A DNA stretch of 64,000 nt. Source: Bacteroidales bacterium (lineage in GTDB: Bacteria > Bacteroidota > Bacteroidia > Bacteroidales > UBA4417). Both the position numbers and the translations under genes were made by a program. The notes below the pieces were generated by a model that had not been told where the DNA came from, made no database searches, and saw nothing but the letters and a program-made list of their open reading frames with translations. Positions 40,472 to 52,621 of the stretch are shown here, piece by piece (within the stretch, counting starts at the first letter, position 1; each line of letters begins with the position of its first letter). Where the stretch lies: the NCBI GenBank assembly GCA_038204995.1, contig JBBRCH010000006.1:1324-65323 (forward strand), given 5' to 3'.

Positions 40472-40506
40472 AAAATGCCCGTAGTTTTATTTACGGGCAC
40501 TTTTTT
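40472..40506. terminator. bidirectional intrinsic terminator between the M14 peptidase and the TonB-dependent receptor
   Basis: TGCCCGTA (40476..40483) pairs with TACGGGCA (40492..40499). AAAA precedes the stem and T6 follows it. The terminator slightly overlaps the receptor stop codon. Confidence 0.75.
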
Positions 40507-42979
40507 ATTCATCATTCAAATTATTCTTTTTACTGAAATCTATCGGCACAATAAGTTTGACGCTGATATTGCGTCCCATATTGTATACACCGGTTCTGCC
40601 TGTAACATTATTTACTGCTTCATATTTTAAGCGGCTTAAGTGGCTCTGATAGGCAATATCTGTAATATTGTCAGCATTTAAGTAGAACGAAAGAACTTTT
40701 CTGTTTTTTATGATTATATCTGTTCCCAAACCAAAATTAAGAAGAGTGTAACCCGGAGTTTCGGTTTCAGTGCCGAATGCAGAATAGAATCTATTTTGAG
40801 TAAAATAATTGTCCAATCCTATTTTAAAATAGGCATTTGCTAAATTCCGACCTAGCTTTTTTGATGCAGCTCTGAGTTCGGAAGTAAATTTCGGGGCGGG
40901 CGTGAAGGGCAGATACTTTGTTGAGTCAGGCTGTCCTTTTTGGGTTGATTGAACATAAGAAAAAGTATTTTCAAAATGTAACCAGTCCAGAGGGTGCGGA
41001 TGAATATCAACTGAAAATTCGCCCCCTACCAAATTGGCATGACCTGAAATAAATTTAAACGTACTGTAGCCTTCATTCAACGAATCGCCACCAAAAACGC
41101 TTTCAAGTTTGCTTGAAAAAATAAAATTATTAATTCTGTTACTGAATAAATCAGCTTCTGCTGAGACGTGCTTTAGATTCAACCCAATGGCATAATCAAA
41201 CTGCATACTGCTTTCAGCTTTCAAATTCGGATCGCCGATTTCGTAACGGATAGTTCCATCATGAACCCCGTTTGATCCTGCTTCGCCAATACTGGGAGCG
41301 CGAAATCCACGCGATAAATTAAGTTTTGTAAAAACGTTTTCAGAAAACTGGTAGGTTGCACCCATGCTGCCTGAAATTCCCGAATAGGATGAATTGAATG
41401 CAGTGAACTGATGGTATGAATCCGGATAGTTATCATCTACCTTAACTCCAAAGGAATTGAGATATAAATCTTTTGCATGCTCGGTTCGCGAATCATATCG
41501 TAATCCTCCACTCACATCCAATTTTCCCAATGATTTTTTTGCTATGGCAAAAACGCCTATATCGAATAGATTGTATTCAGGAACTAAAAATTCAGTTCCC
41601 TTATTCTGTGAAATCTGTTTCATACCATTCACTCCAACTGAGATATTCAGATTGTTCTTTTCCGGAAGAATATACCGAAAATCATAATTAATTGTATTCA
41701 ACAGGAAATATAATCCATAATGATTTTCATTCAATATATCTCCATATTCCTGCCTTTGGTTTTGTTGCCAGCCTATCGTTGATTTTAAACTGCCGTTTCC
41801 GATTATAAAACTGTTATTCAAAACAGCCTTGTAATGGTGAACTTTCTGATAGGGAGTTACAGGAATATATGATTTAAGGTCTTTGCCGCTTGCTATAACT
41901 GCGCTTTCGGTAGAATCATTAACTGCAAAAAGTTTGACAAATTTCCCTGTCATACTGTCACGCTCTCCTTCTATAATTCCAGGTGTTAAATTGTAAGAAC
42001 TGAAATGCAAATGGGAATAACCCCATGATTTATTCAGGCCGGCTATTCCGTTCAATGAGTTTTCCTTGTATCCTGAATTGAATACATACCCATCATACCT
42101 ATTGCTGTATGAATGTGCAATTTTATTACTGTATCGTACATTCCAGATGATTCCTTTCTTGTTGCCGGCCAGGTTAGCCGAATAGCCGATTAAGCCATTG
42201 TTTGTTTGATAATCTGCCAAAATGTTACCCATAATTTCCCCATCGGGTAAAGTCGGCGCTGTTATCAGGTTAATCACTCCCGCCATGGCATCCGAACCAT
42301 ACGTTAAACTTGCAGGGCCTTTTAATATTTCAACTTTGTCAATCGAATATTCATCAACTTCAATACCATGCTCATCGCCCCATTGCTGTCCTTCCTGGCG
42401 TATCCCATCATTCACAGTTACAACCCGGTTATAGCCCAAACCGCGAATAACCGGCTTTGAAATTCCTGAGCCGGTTGTGATTTGTGAAATTCCAGGTTTC
42501 CTGGCAAGTGCATCAATTATATTTGATGACGAGTTTTGTAAAAGCTGAATAGGAGGAATCACCGCTATAGGTGTTGGAGTACGATTTTTTTCCGATGCTT
42601 TTGATAAGCCTGTTACTACTACTTCGTTTAATTCAGTGACGGATTCTTCCATTTCAAAATCCTTTACTGAGGTTATCGAAAGGTCAATTTTCTCTGATAT
42701 TAATTTGTAGCCGATACATTGCACCTGCACCAATAGTATAGTTTGCGGCAGATTTTCGATCTTGTAGGTGCCATCCGCGTTACTGATTGTTCCGGTTTTC
42801 AGATCAGGTATATAAATACTCACTCCCGGAAATGACTCGCCTGTTTTCTTGTCAGTTATTCTTCCTGACAAAGTCTTTTTGCCTGTTATTGGATCGTTTT
42901 CAGAAAATACTTTGCAAGTAAGTAAAGCTAAAATCAAGATCAATAAAAAGAATATTTTATTCATTTCTTTCAAATTCAA
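40505..42979 (-). CDS. TonB-dependent receptor with N-terminal CarboxypepD_reg domain
   Basis: 824 aa. It has a signal peptide, LSGRITDKKTGESFPGVSIYI, a plug domain (IEILKGPASLTYGSDAMAGVINLI) and a C-terminal beta-barrel ending in an aromatic-rich strand. Confidence 0.9.
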   Translation of the reverse strand: MNLKEMNKIFFLLILILALLTCKVFSENDPITGKKTLSGRITDKKTGESFPGVSIYIPDLKTGTISNADGTYKIENLPQTILLVQVQCIGYKLISEKIDLSITSVKDFEMEESVTELNEVVVTGLSKASEKNRTPTPIAVIPPIQLLQNSSSNIIDALARKPGISQITTGSGISKPVIRGLGYNRVVTVNDGIRQEGQQWGDEHGIEVDEYSIDKVEILKGPASLTYGSDAMAGVINLITAPTLPDGEIMGNILADYQTNNGLIGYSANLAGNKKGIIWNVRYSNKIAHSYSNRYDGYVFNSGYKENSLNGIAGLNKSWGYSHLHFSSYNLTPGIIEGERDSMTGKFVKLFAVNDSTESAVIASGKDLKSYIPVTPYQKVHHYKAVLNNSFIIGNGSLKSTIGWQQNQRQEYGDILNENHYGLYFLLNTINYDFRYILPEKNNLNISVGVNGMKQISQNKGTEFLVPEYNLFDIGVFAIAKKSLGKLDVSGGLRYDSRTEHAKDLYLNSFGVKVDDNYPDSYHQFTAFNSSYSGISGSMGATYQFSENVFTKLNLSRGFRAPSIGEAGSNGVHDGTIRYEIGDPNLKAESSMQFDYAIGLNLKHVSAEADLFSNRINNFIFSSKLESVFGGDSLNEGYSTFKFISGHANLVGGEFSVDIHPHPLDWLHFENTFSYVQSTQKGQPDSTKYLPFTPAPKFTSELRAASKKLGRNLANAYFKIGLDNYFTQNRFYSAFGTETETPGYTLLNFGLGTDIIIKNRKVLSFYLNADNITDIAYQSHLSRLKYEAVNNVTGRTGVYNMGRNISVKLIVPIDFSKKNNLNDE

Positions 42980-43204
42980 TGTTAGGTAATTAGCTGTCTG
43001 GCAGAGGATTTAAATTTCCTATCCAATAATATAAACCAGTTTAATCAGGGAGAAATAATTGCCTGATGTTTTTTCAGTATAGTAAAACAGCTTAAGAAAT
43101 TGGGAAATTCTGCAGACTGAAAACAATTTATTGATTCCTTTCAAACAGTCACATTGGAAAGAGAATCACCAGATAGAATTGTTATTAACAGTCAGGGTTA
43201 TTTA

Positions 43205-43534
43205 TCACGACTGAGGCGGTGCGCGCAAATTATTATATTTGAAAGCAATATTTTGAAACTGATCTTCTTGTTTCTTGCTAAATATGAAAGTTTCGGACTT
43301 TAATACAGGAATGTAAACTAAAGCCTGAGTTTCACTGACAACATTAAATTCAAAAACACATACAGGACATTCTTCTTTCAGGCTGCATAACTGCGTACCC
43401 GGCAATGTTTTATTCTTACCAAAGTGTGTCTGATGTCCTAAAATATGATGTGCAACCTGCAAAAGGTTGGGGACAAGATAAACCAGCAATACCAATACGG
43501 AAGAAAAGGCTATTTGCCTTTTAAAGTGTAACAT
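43205..43534 (-). CDS. small membrane-anchored His/Cys-rich protein (hypothetical)
   Basis: 109 aa with one N-terminal TM segment. It carries the motifs HHILGHQTH, ECPVCVFEF and a C-terminal RAPPQS. It lies 225 nt upstream of the TonB-dependent receptor on the same strand. Confidence 0.5.
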   Translation of the reverse strand: MLHFKRQIAFSSVLVLLVYLVPNLLQVAHHILGHQTHFGKNKTLPGTQLCSLKEECPVCVFEFNVVSETQALVYIPVLKSETFIFSKKQEDQFQNIAFKYNNLRAPPQS

Positions 43535-43678
43535 GCAGACTGTTTTCCGGTTATCAAGAAAAATAAATTTTATACTTATACAGTATGATACAAACGAACC
43601 TGTATATAGTTTTGTTCGATACTATATTTGTGGAAATTAAATCAGACAAAAATGATAGAGGAAGTATGAGGAGAGGAA

Positions 43679-44071
43679 TTATTTCACAATCAGTTTTCGT
43701 GTAAATATTTCCTTTTCGGCAACGCATTGAACGAAATAGATTCCAGGTTCAATAAGCTTACTCCGGAAATCAACTGAAATAATATTATTTCCCTGTTCGA
43801 CAGGATATTCCTGGCTAAAAACCTGTTTACCAATATTATTAAAAATTGAAATCACAGCTAAGCTTTTCCTGCTGCTTTTAAAAGCCACTTTGAGCATATC
43901 TATAACCGGATTAGGGTAAACCGAGATATTTTCAATAAAATCATCAGCTAAATAAACAGAAGATGCCTGCTGATTTCTTAACTGCAGGTTGTCATTTCCA
44001 TTTCTGGAAGTCTGCGACATGGCAGCAAATGCAGTTAAAAGTATGATTGAGAGTAGAAATATTTTTTTCAT
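43679..44071 (-). CDS. small T9SS C-terminal-sorting-domain protein
   Basis: 130 aa. It has a signal peptide, a linker of about 30 aa, then VYPNPVIDMLKVAF...GIYFVQCVAEKEIFTRKLIVK. Confidence 0.7.
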   Translation of the reverse strand: MKKIFLLSIILLTAFAAMSQTSRNGNDNLQLRNQQASSVYLADDFIENISVYPNPVIDMLKVAFKSSRKSLAVISIFNNIGKQVFSQEYPVEQGNNIISVDFRSKLIEPGIYFVQCVAEKEIFTRKLIVK

Positions 44072-44220
44072 GGTATTTTCTTTAGTTCAACATATTCAAA
44101 AAGCGAGCCAGACCATAATATAATCTTCCCTTATTAATTAATAATAACAAATGAGAAAAGTAATAGTTTTTCAGAAACTTTTTTTCAACATGATCACATT
44201 TACCATACTTTCAACGCTAA

Positions 44221-46440
44221 TTATCCTCTGAACCTTATAAAATCGGTAATCAGCTGTATTTCTGTATTATCAACACCATTTGACATTAAAAAGTTTTTAT
44301 CGAATTCCAGGATATCGGTAAATTGCTTCAGGCTTATGTCTCCATTAGTAAGCGCTGCTATATAATATTCCATAGCTTTAGGCTTGTTGCCGATACACAA
44401 CTCAACATGACCCGCATTGATGAAATCGCTGGCGGTGGGCATATCGGCAAGCAGGAACTGAAGATAATTAGATGCCAGATCAAGTTTCCGAAGTACAAAG
44501 CAGCACCAGGCAATGGGTCTTAGAACTTTTTTGTTATCGGGCGACAGAATTTCAACCTTAAAATAATGCGCGAGGGCAGTTTCGTATTCCTGAAGATCGA
44601 GATAACAATTCCCCAGCATTGTTTGTATGTAAACATCGTCAGGCGCAAGAGCTGCTGCTTCGAGGCTCCACTTTAATGCTGAATTGTTGTCACCCAGTTT
44701 CCGGTAGCAAAAAATTATCTTTTTAAGGCTCCAAAGGCGGTTACTATCAATTAACTCAGCTCTTTTGTAGAATTCAAGCGCGGAATTAAAATTTCCCATC
44801 ATCTGGTAGCAATAGGCAAGTTTTTCGTAGACAGCCTGATCAGGTTCGGTTTTCTGAGCAAGAGCCAGAAAAAGGCCTGAAGCTGCACTATAGTGCAATT
44901 TAAGAAATAGAAACTCAGCCGAATTTCGAAGAATCGTTGTATTATCAGGAAGCTTTTCAATCAGCCAATTCGATGAGATATCCCATTCCATGTTGAAAAT
45001 ATCTCTAAAATCATTGCGAAAAGGATGTAGTTTGAAAAACCGGTAAAGGTCCTGAATGTATTGGGTAAAAATAAAATTATCCTTACCCGGTTTATTCAAT
45101 ATATCATCTTCCTGTGCTAGTTCGCGCATGCTGTCAGCTTCCATATTGAACAGATTGATAACATTGCTGCCCTGTTCGCCAGGCAGATGGTTAATATTAA
45201 AGCAGAATGAATATTTATCTGAATTACACATATAAAATGAATCCTCAAGGCCTGAAAGAAAATCCCATTTCCCTTTGATATCGTCTCCTATGGCGTTCTG
45301 AGCAGTTTCATTTACTTTGTAAAACGGACGAAACCAATTGGATATCTCTCTGAAAAAGTCAAAATTCTTTAGCATTGCAAAAGTGCCCATAAAAAGATCA
45401 AGGCCTTCCATCTGCATTTCCGACATTTTCTCAATTTTATTCAGTAAATCCGGACTATCTTCGAAAATCTGCTCCCAATCAGGATTCTTATCTTCGATGA
45501 ATTCATTGTTGATAATATTTTCTATATCTAATTTTTCGCGGATCTTTGATTCAAATTTTTGTACATCAGGAAGAATTTCTTCACGGAATTTGCGGGTAAC
45601 ACTTTCTGTTTCAAGGGCTTTAAGAATTTGAATCAATAAATTATTGAGGTCAGAGGTAAATACTTCATTATCTGCATTGTTCAACAATTGCTTGCTTATC
45701 TCGGGATAGAGCTCAATCCGCTTATTGTAAATAAATACTGCCACAATGAGGCCTGTGAATGCACGCTGCCATACTTGTGGCTGCCTTTCTTCATAAAATT
45801 CAAACAGAACATTAAATTTTTCTTTGTCAAAACAATTGATCAGGCTTAAAGTAACAGCACTCACAGCCATACATTTCTCATACCAGGGTAAACTGGCTGA
45901 TTCGCGGATTGCCTTGATAAGCAGGAGGTCTGTTTCTGTATACTTGTCAGTTAACCACATTAACTGGAACAACTTTGGCGAAATGGCAGGAAGGGAACTA
46001 TTTTCCGAAGATTGTGATGACAACTCATTGTCATTCAATAATTTAGCAAACTCAAGTTCGAAAGAATAATTATCAATTTTCAGTGTAGCTTCTTGCTTGG
46101 CATTTTCTTTTTCTAATTCGATACGCGACTTTAACTGGTAAATATGCATACCGGTTTGAGCAAGTGCAAGTTGCCGGACTTTATCAGCCAGTTCAAGTAA
46201 CGAAACTTTCAATTTCCCGTATATGGTATTTCGCTGAGGATCGGGAACACCCCTAAAATTATATTCCAGAAGCATACGGTATGTTTGGTTAATATCTTCA
46301 TACTGCATAGTAAAATCAGCATTATGCATACCTTGCATCAATATACCAAGTTGATTTAATGCTTCCTTTAACCTGTTAGCAAAAACCAGGTTACATAATT
46401 CTAAGAATGTGGTTTCTATGTCTTTTAAGGATGCGGCCAT
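44221..46440 (-). CDS. large tetratricopeptide-repeat protein with unassigned N-terminal two-thirds
   Basis: 739 aa. TPR-like repeats occupy the last ~220 aa (AVYEKLAYCYQMMGNFNSALEFYKRAELID..., TMLGNCYLDLQEYETALAHYFKVEIL...). I recognised no motif in residues 1 to ~500. Confidence 0.65.
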   Translation of the reverse strand: MAASLKDIETTFLELCNLVFANRLKEALNQLGILMQGMHNADFTMQYEDINQTYRMLLEYNFRGVPDPQRNTIYGKLKVSLLELADKVRQLALAQTGMHIYQLKSRIELEKENAKQEATLKIDNYSFELEFAKLLNDNELSSQSSENSSLPAISPKLFQLMWLTDKYTETDLLLIKAIRESASLPWYEKCMAVSAVTLSLINCFDKEKFNVLFEFYEERQPQVWQRAFTGLIVAVFIYNKRIELYPEISKQLLNNADNEVFTSDLNNLLIQILKALETESVTRKFREEILPDVQKFESKIREKLDIENIINNEFIEDKNPDWEQIFEDSPDLLNKIEKMSEMQMEGLDLFMGTFAMLKNFDFFREISNWFRPFYKVNETAQNAIGDDIKGKWDFLSGLEDSFYMCNSDKYSFCFNINHLPGEQGSNVINLFNMEADSMRELAQEDDILNKPGKDNFIFTQYIQDLYRFFKLHPFRNDFRDIFNMEWDISSNWLIEKLPDNTTILRNSAEFLFLKLHYSAASGLFLALAQKTEPDQAVYEKLAYCYQMMGNFNSALEFYKRAELIDSNRLWSLKKIIFCYRKLGDNNSALKWSLEAAALAPDDVYIQTMLGNCYLDLQEYETALAHYFKVEILSPDNKKVLRPIAWCCFVLRKLDLASNYLQFLLADMPTASDFINAGHVELCIGNKPKAMEYYIAALTNGDISLKQFTDILEFDKNFLMSNGVDNTEIQLITDFIRFRG

Positions 46441-46556
46441 ATAAATTACTTTTAATGAGGAGAACTACTATTTTCTTGGTCAGCCCTAAACTGGTAGGCA
46501 GGAAATCCATTATCCTCCAATCTGATAAGCTACAAAAAGCAATCCAAGTTTTCAGT

Positions 46557-48614
<2,058 letters not shown>

Positions 48615-48647
48615 TTAATCCTTATTCCGGACAAATTTCAAAAATGG

Positions 48648-50183
48648 TTATTTTCTTTGTTTCTTAACAGCAGTATTGCAATACATATATATGGTTTCGT
48701 TCCGGTTCACCGGGTTTAACCTATGCATAATATTATCAATAAAGCCAGGATAAAAAGTCATTTCATATTCCAGCATTGGAATCTCTTTTTTCATGGAATC
48801 AACTCTGGATTGAAGGTTTTCATCGCTGTAAAACAATACAAATGAGGCATCAGCAATCCGGCAAGGGATTGAATCGGCCATATAGGACCTTACTCCTTCA
48901 TTCGATTTGTAGAGCGCCTGCATCCATTGTCCGGAATAATACCGTGGAAGCATCTGGGCACTGCTTCTGTTGGAGTCCTCGGCAACAATTACTCTTATTA
49001 GTTTATATTTAGCAAGATAGGCCATAGCCTCTACCCTTGATTTTTTTGAATATGCAGTGGTAACAGGTATCAGCAACACAAGGTTCATTATCCAAAAGAA
49101 AATCCAGGTTCGCGAAAGCGCTTTATGATGATTTTGCCAATACCTGGAAACAGCGACAAATGAATTCCAGCCAATGACACCTCCTATTATGATAAAGGGA
49201 ATTATTGGGAAAATAAACCTTTCCTGTTTATTCGGGAATAAAGAATGAAAGACAAGGAAGAGAAATGCAGGTAAAAAAATGAGCAGTTGCTTTCGCCAGA
49301 CGCGAAAAAAGCCAAAAAGTAGCATTAACGATACTGGCGGAATAAAAATGCCTGCAAGTAATAATAAATAATTGTACCACGGTCCTGTAATATAATCATA
49401 AGCTACCTGGATGTTATATTTTACATATTCGATAAATTCGGCAAAAGGATACCCCCAAATGTAATAATCGACCCAACCCTGTAATAAAAAAATTGAAAAA
49501 AGTGTACTAATCCCCAGCAGTAAAGCAGGTATCCATTTACGCAGGATCAGGAGGACAAGACCTGCCCCGCCAACAAATACAATAAGTTGGAACCTCACTG
49601 AAACACTTAATCCAAGAATGAATCCGGCAAGAATATACAACAAAAGGGGATGCTTTTTCTGATCAGCTATAATCATGAACCATATTCCGGCTAATATGAA
49701 AGGAATACTGAAGGTCTCAACCAGGTTTCGGACACTCAGCATGGGTAAAAACCAAATTGAAGCCATCAGCAGACCTGCCAGGGCAGCATCTCTTTTTGAC
49801 GAGAGTTTTTCAGTGATCCGGAATGTGAGCCAAACTGACAATATTGAAACTATAGCATGTAATAGCCTAACAATAAACATCTTAGACTGAGGATTAATAA
49901 AACCAACTGTGTTGAAAATTTTAAAGAGCATATAATGTAATCCCATATAAAACAGGCTATGACCATCAGGAACCAAATCCTGCCCGGGAACCTGTGCATG
50001 ACCGGGAATTATTACTCCATCAACCCATGCCTGTGCAGCCTCGATAACCAGGAAATGATCGTCGTGCATGCCAAATCCACGTGAAAAAACAGCTGCTGCA
50101 AACCGGGTTACAACAGCAACCAGCATAACCACAGTCAATGGTTTTTCGCTCCATAATTTATGTATATACCTGACAATTTGCAT
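48648..50183 (-). CDS. GT-C fold membrane glycosyltransferase (Alg9/PIG-B, GT22-like mannosyltransferase family)
   Basis: 511 aa with about 10 TM segments. The first-loop acidic motif GFGMHDDHFLVIEAAQAW resembles the hPDE-hFQ-xE motif of GT22 enzymes. Confidence 0.6.
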   Translation of the reverse strand: MQIVRYIHKLWSEKPLTVVMLVAVVTRFAAAVFSRGFGMHDDHFLVIEAAQAWVDGVIIPGHAQVPGQDLVPDGHSLFYMGLHYMLFKIFNTVGFINPQSKMFIVRLLHAIVSILSVWLTFRITEKLSSKRDAALAGLLMASIWFLPMLSVRNLVETFSIPFILAGIWFMIIADQKKHPLLLYILAGFILGLSVSVRFQLIVFVGGAGLVLLILRKWIPALLLGISTLFSIFLLQGWVDYYIWGYPFAEFIEYVKYNIQVAYDYITGPWYNYLLLLAGIFIPPVSLMLLFGFFRVWRKQLLIFLPAFLFLVFHSLFPNKQERFIFPIIPFIIIGGVIGWNSFVAVSRYWQNHHKALSRTWIFFWIMNLVLLIPVTTAYSKKSRVEAMAYLAKYKLIRVIVAEDSNRSSAQMLPRYYSGQWMQALYKSNEGVRSYMADSIPCRIADASFVLFYSDENLQSRVDSMKKEIPMLEYEMTFYPGFIDNIMHRLNPVNRNETIYMYCNTAVKKQRK

Positions 50184-50491
50184 ACTATTACTGATTAAAT
50201 TAAAAGAAAGTAATACGTAAAATTAGGCAAATAGGTGATTGTTTGTTTGCTTTAGAAATGTGAATTTTGAATTTATGTTGCACAGTAGATCACTGATACA
50301 CTCTTTCGTGGAATGCTGAAAAAGCCAACGAGATATAAATCAATAAATTGCAACTTGGGCGGTTAGATGGTTACATACCCGGAGCGCAATAATTATCAAC
50401 AACCCGGCTATTATTTCTTAAACAGGATTTTTTTTTATTTAAAGAATTCATTCCCGTTTAGTTCCAAAATACTAAATTTCAAGGGCTCAGA

Positions 50492-52585
50492 ATGAATAAT
50501 CTTGTCTACTTTCGCAATAAATTAACAATACCAATACCAATGAAAAAAACAATCATTTCATTATCCTTACTTTTGATGGCTTCAGCAGTCATATTTGCGC
50601 AGCAGAGTATGACTCCCAACCGCTACACTCCGGAACTGCTTTGGAAACTTGGCAGGGTTAGCGACGTGCAGGTTTCACCTGACAGCAGATCAATTTTATA
50701 TGGTGTAAGCTGGTATAATCTTGATGAAAATAAAGGCAACCGCGATCTGTATTCAATTCCGGTTTCAGGTGGCAATACTGCTAAAGTCATTTCTTTCAAA
50801 GGAAATGAAGGAAATGGGGTCTTCAGGCCTGACGGCAAAAAAATTGCTTTCCTTTCTTCGGAATCAGGATCTATGCAGATTTGGGAAGCAAATCCCGATG
50901 GGTCCTCTCCTACCCGTGTCAGTAATTCTGATAGCGATATTTCAGGTTTCAGCTATTCACCCAATATGAAGTATATACTTTACACACAGCGGGTTAAACT
51001 TGATAAAACTGCCAATGACATGTATCCGGACCTGCCAAAATGCAATGCCAGAATCGAAGATGACCTGATGTACCGACATTGGGACAGCTGGTCCGATTTC
51101 AGTTACAGTCACATTTTTGTTGCCTCCTATGAGGATGGGAAAGTGGATAAAGGCAGAGATATAATGGAAAAACAACGTTACGAATCACCCATGGCTCCCT
51201 GGGGTGGAATGGAACAAATATGCTGGAGTCCCCAGAGCGATAAAATTGCTTATAGCTGCAAAAAACTTACCGGAGTTGAATATACCCTGAGTACTAATTC
51301 AGAAATTTATATTTACGACTTAAAGGCAGGGATTGAAACAAATGTTTCGGATGGTTTGGCTGGATATGATCAGGATCCGGTGTTTTCGCCGGATGGCAAA
51401 AAAATGGTCTGGAGAAGTATGGCCCGAAACGGATTTGAAGCCGATAAGGACAGAATTATGATCTATGATTTTACCAGTGGTAAATATGCTGATTATTCCG
51501 AAAAGTTCGACCAGAGTGCAAATGGCTTTGCCTGGTCAGCTGATTCAAAATCATTGTATTTCCTGAGTTCTATCCATGGTACTGTGCAAATTTTTTCATT
51601 GAATCTTGGTACCAGGGAAATAAAACAAATCAGCAATGGAACATGGGATTATTTATCCATAAGCATTGCGGGAAAAGATATTATTACATCGAAGCAATCG
51701 ATGTTAATGCCAACTGAAATATTTAAAATCGACGTTTCAGGAAAAGAAACTCAACTTACTTACACTAACAGAGAAATACTTAAAGATATAAGTTCAGCAA
51801 AGGTTGAAGAACGCTGGATGACAACTACTGACAATAAAAAGATGTTGGTCTGGGTAATTTATCCACCGAATTTTGATCCGAACAGGAAATATCCGGCCTT
51901 GCTTTTCTGTGAAGGCGGTCCACAAAATATGGTTAGCCAGTTTTTCTCGTACCGCTGGAATTTCCAGATTATGGCTGCCAGCGACTATATTATTGTTGCG
52001 CCTAACCGCAGGGGGTTACCAGGTTTCGGGCAGGAATGGAACGATCAGATCAGTGGCGATTACGGCGGACAAAACATGAAAGATTACCTGACAGCGATTG
52101 ATGAAATGGCTAAGGAACCCTTTGTAGATAAAGATAAATTAGGTGCTGTCGGAGCCAGTTATGGCGGATTTTCAGTACTTTGGCTCGCCGGGCATCACGA
52201 AAAAAGATTCAAAGTATTTATATCTCATTGCGGTATGTTTAACCTTGAAGATCAATATCTTACTACTGAGGAAATGTGGTTTGTTAATTGGGATTTAGGC
52301 GGTCCCTATTGGGAAAAAGGAAATCCTAAAGTTGATCATTCTTATGCTAATTCGCCGCACAAATTTGTTGACAAATGGGATACCCCAATCATGATTATTG
52401 AAGGAGAAAATGATTTCAGGATTCCATATACGCAAGGTATGGCTGCTTATAATGCTGCCAAACTAAGGGGAATTCCGGCAAGATACCTGCATTTTCCTGA
52501 CGAAAGCCATTGGGTATTGCAGCCTCAAAACAGTGTATTATGGCAGAGAGAATTTTTCCGCTGGCTTGATCAATACCTGAAATAA
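50492..52585 (+). CDS. S9 family serine peptidase (beta-propeller + alpha/beta hydrolase)
   Basis: 697-aa ORF. The likely true start is the ATG at 50540, which gives the signal peptide MKKTIISLSLLLMASAVIFAQ. It has WD40-like PD40 repeats (FSPDGKK twice), the nucleophile GASYGG, and a catalytic Asp/His region (EGENDFRIP, DESHW). Confidence 0.85.
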   Translation: MNNLVYFRNKLTIPIPMKKTIISLSLLLMASAVIFAQQSMTPNRYTPELLWKLGRVSDVQVSPDSRSILYGVSWYNLDENKGNRDLYSIPVSGGNTAKVISFKGNEGNGVFRPDGKKIAFLSSESGSMQIWEANPDGSSPTRVSNSDSDISGFSYSPNMKYILYTQRVKLDKTANDMYPDLPKCNARIEDDLMYRHWDSWSDFSYSHIFVASYEDGKVDKGRDIMEKQRYESPMAPWGGMEQICWSPQSDKIAYSCKKLTGVEYTLSTNSEIYIYDLKAGIETNVSDGLAGYDQDPVFSPDGKKMVWRSMARNGFEADKDRIMIYDFTSGKYADYSEKFDQSANGFAWSADSKSLYFLSSIHGTVQIFSLNLGTREIKQISNGTWDYLSISIAGKDIITSKQSMLMPTEIFKIDVSGKETQLTYTNREILKDISSAKVEERWMTTTDNKKMLVWVIYPPNFDPNRKYPALLFCEGGPQNMVSQFFSYRWNFQIMAASDYIIVAPNRRGLPGFGQEWNDQISGDYGGQNMKDYLTAIDEMAKEPFVDKDKLGAVGASYGGFSVLWLAGHHEKRFKVFISHCGMFNLEDQYLTTEEMWFVNWDLGGPYWEKGNPKVDHSYANSPHKFVDKWDTPIMIIEGENDFRIPYTQGMAAYNAAKLRGIPARYLHFPDESHWVLQPQNSVLWQREFFRWLDQYLK

Positions 52586-52621
52586 TTTTAATAATTTTCG
52601 TAAACAGTATTCCGCCATTGC

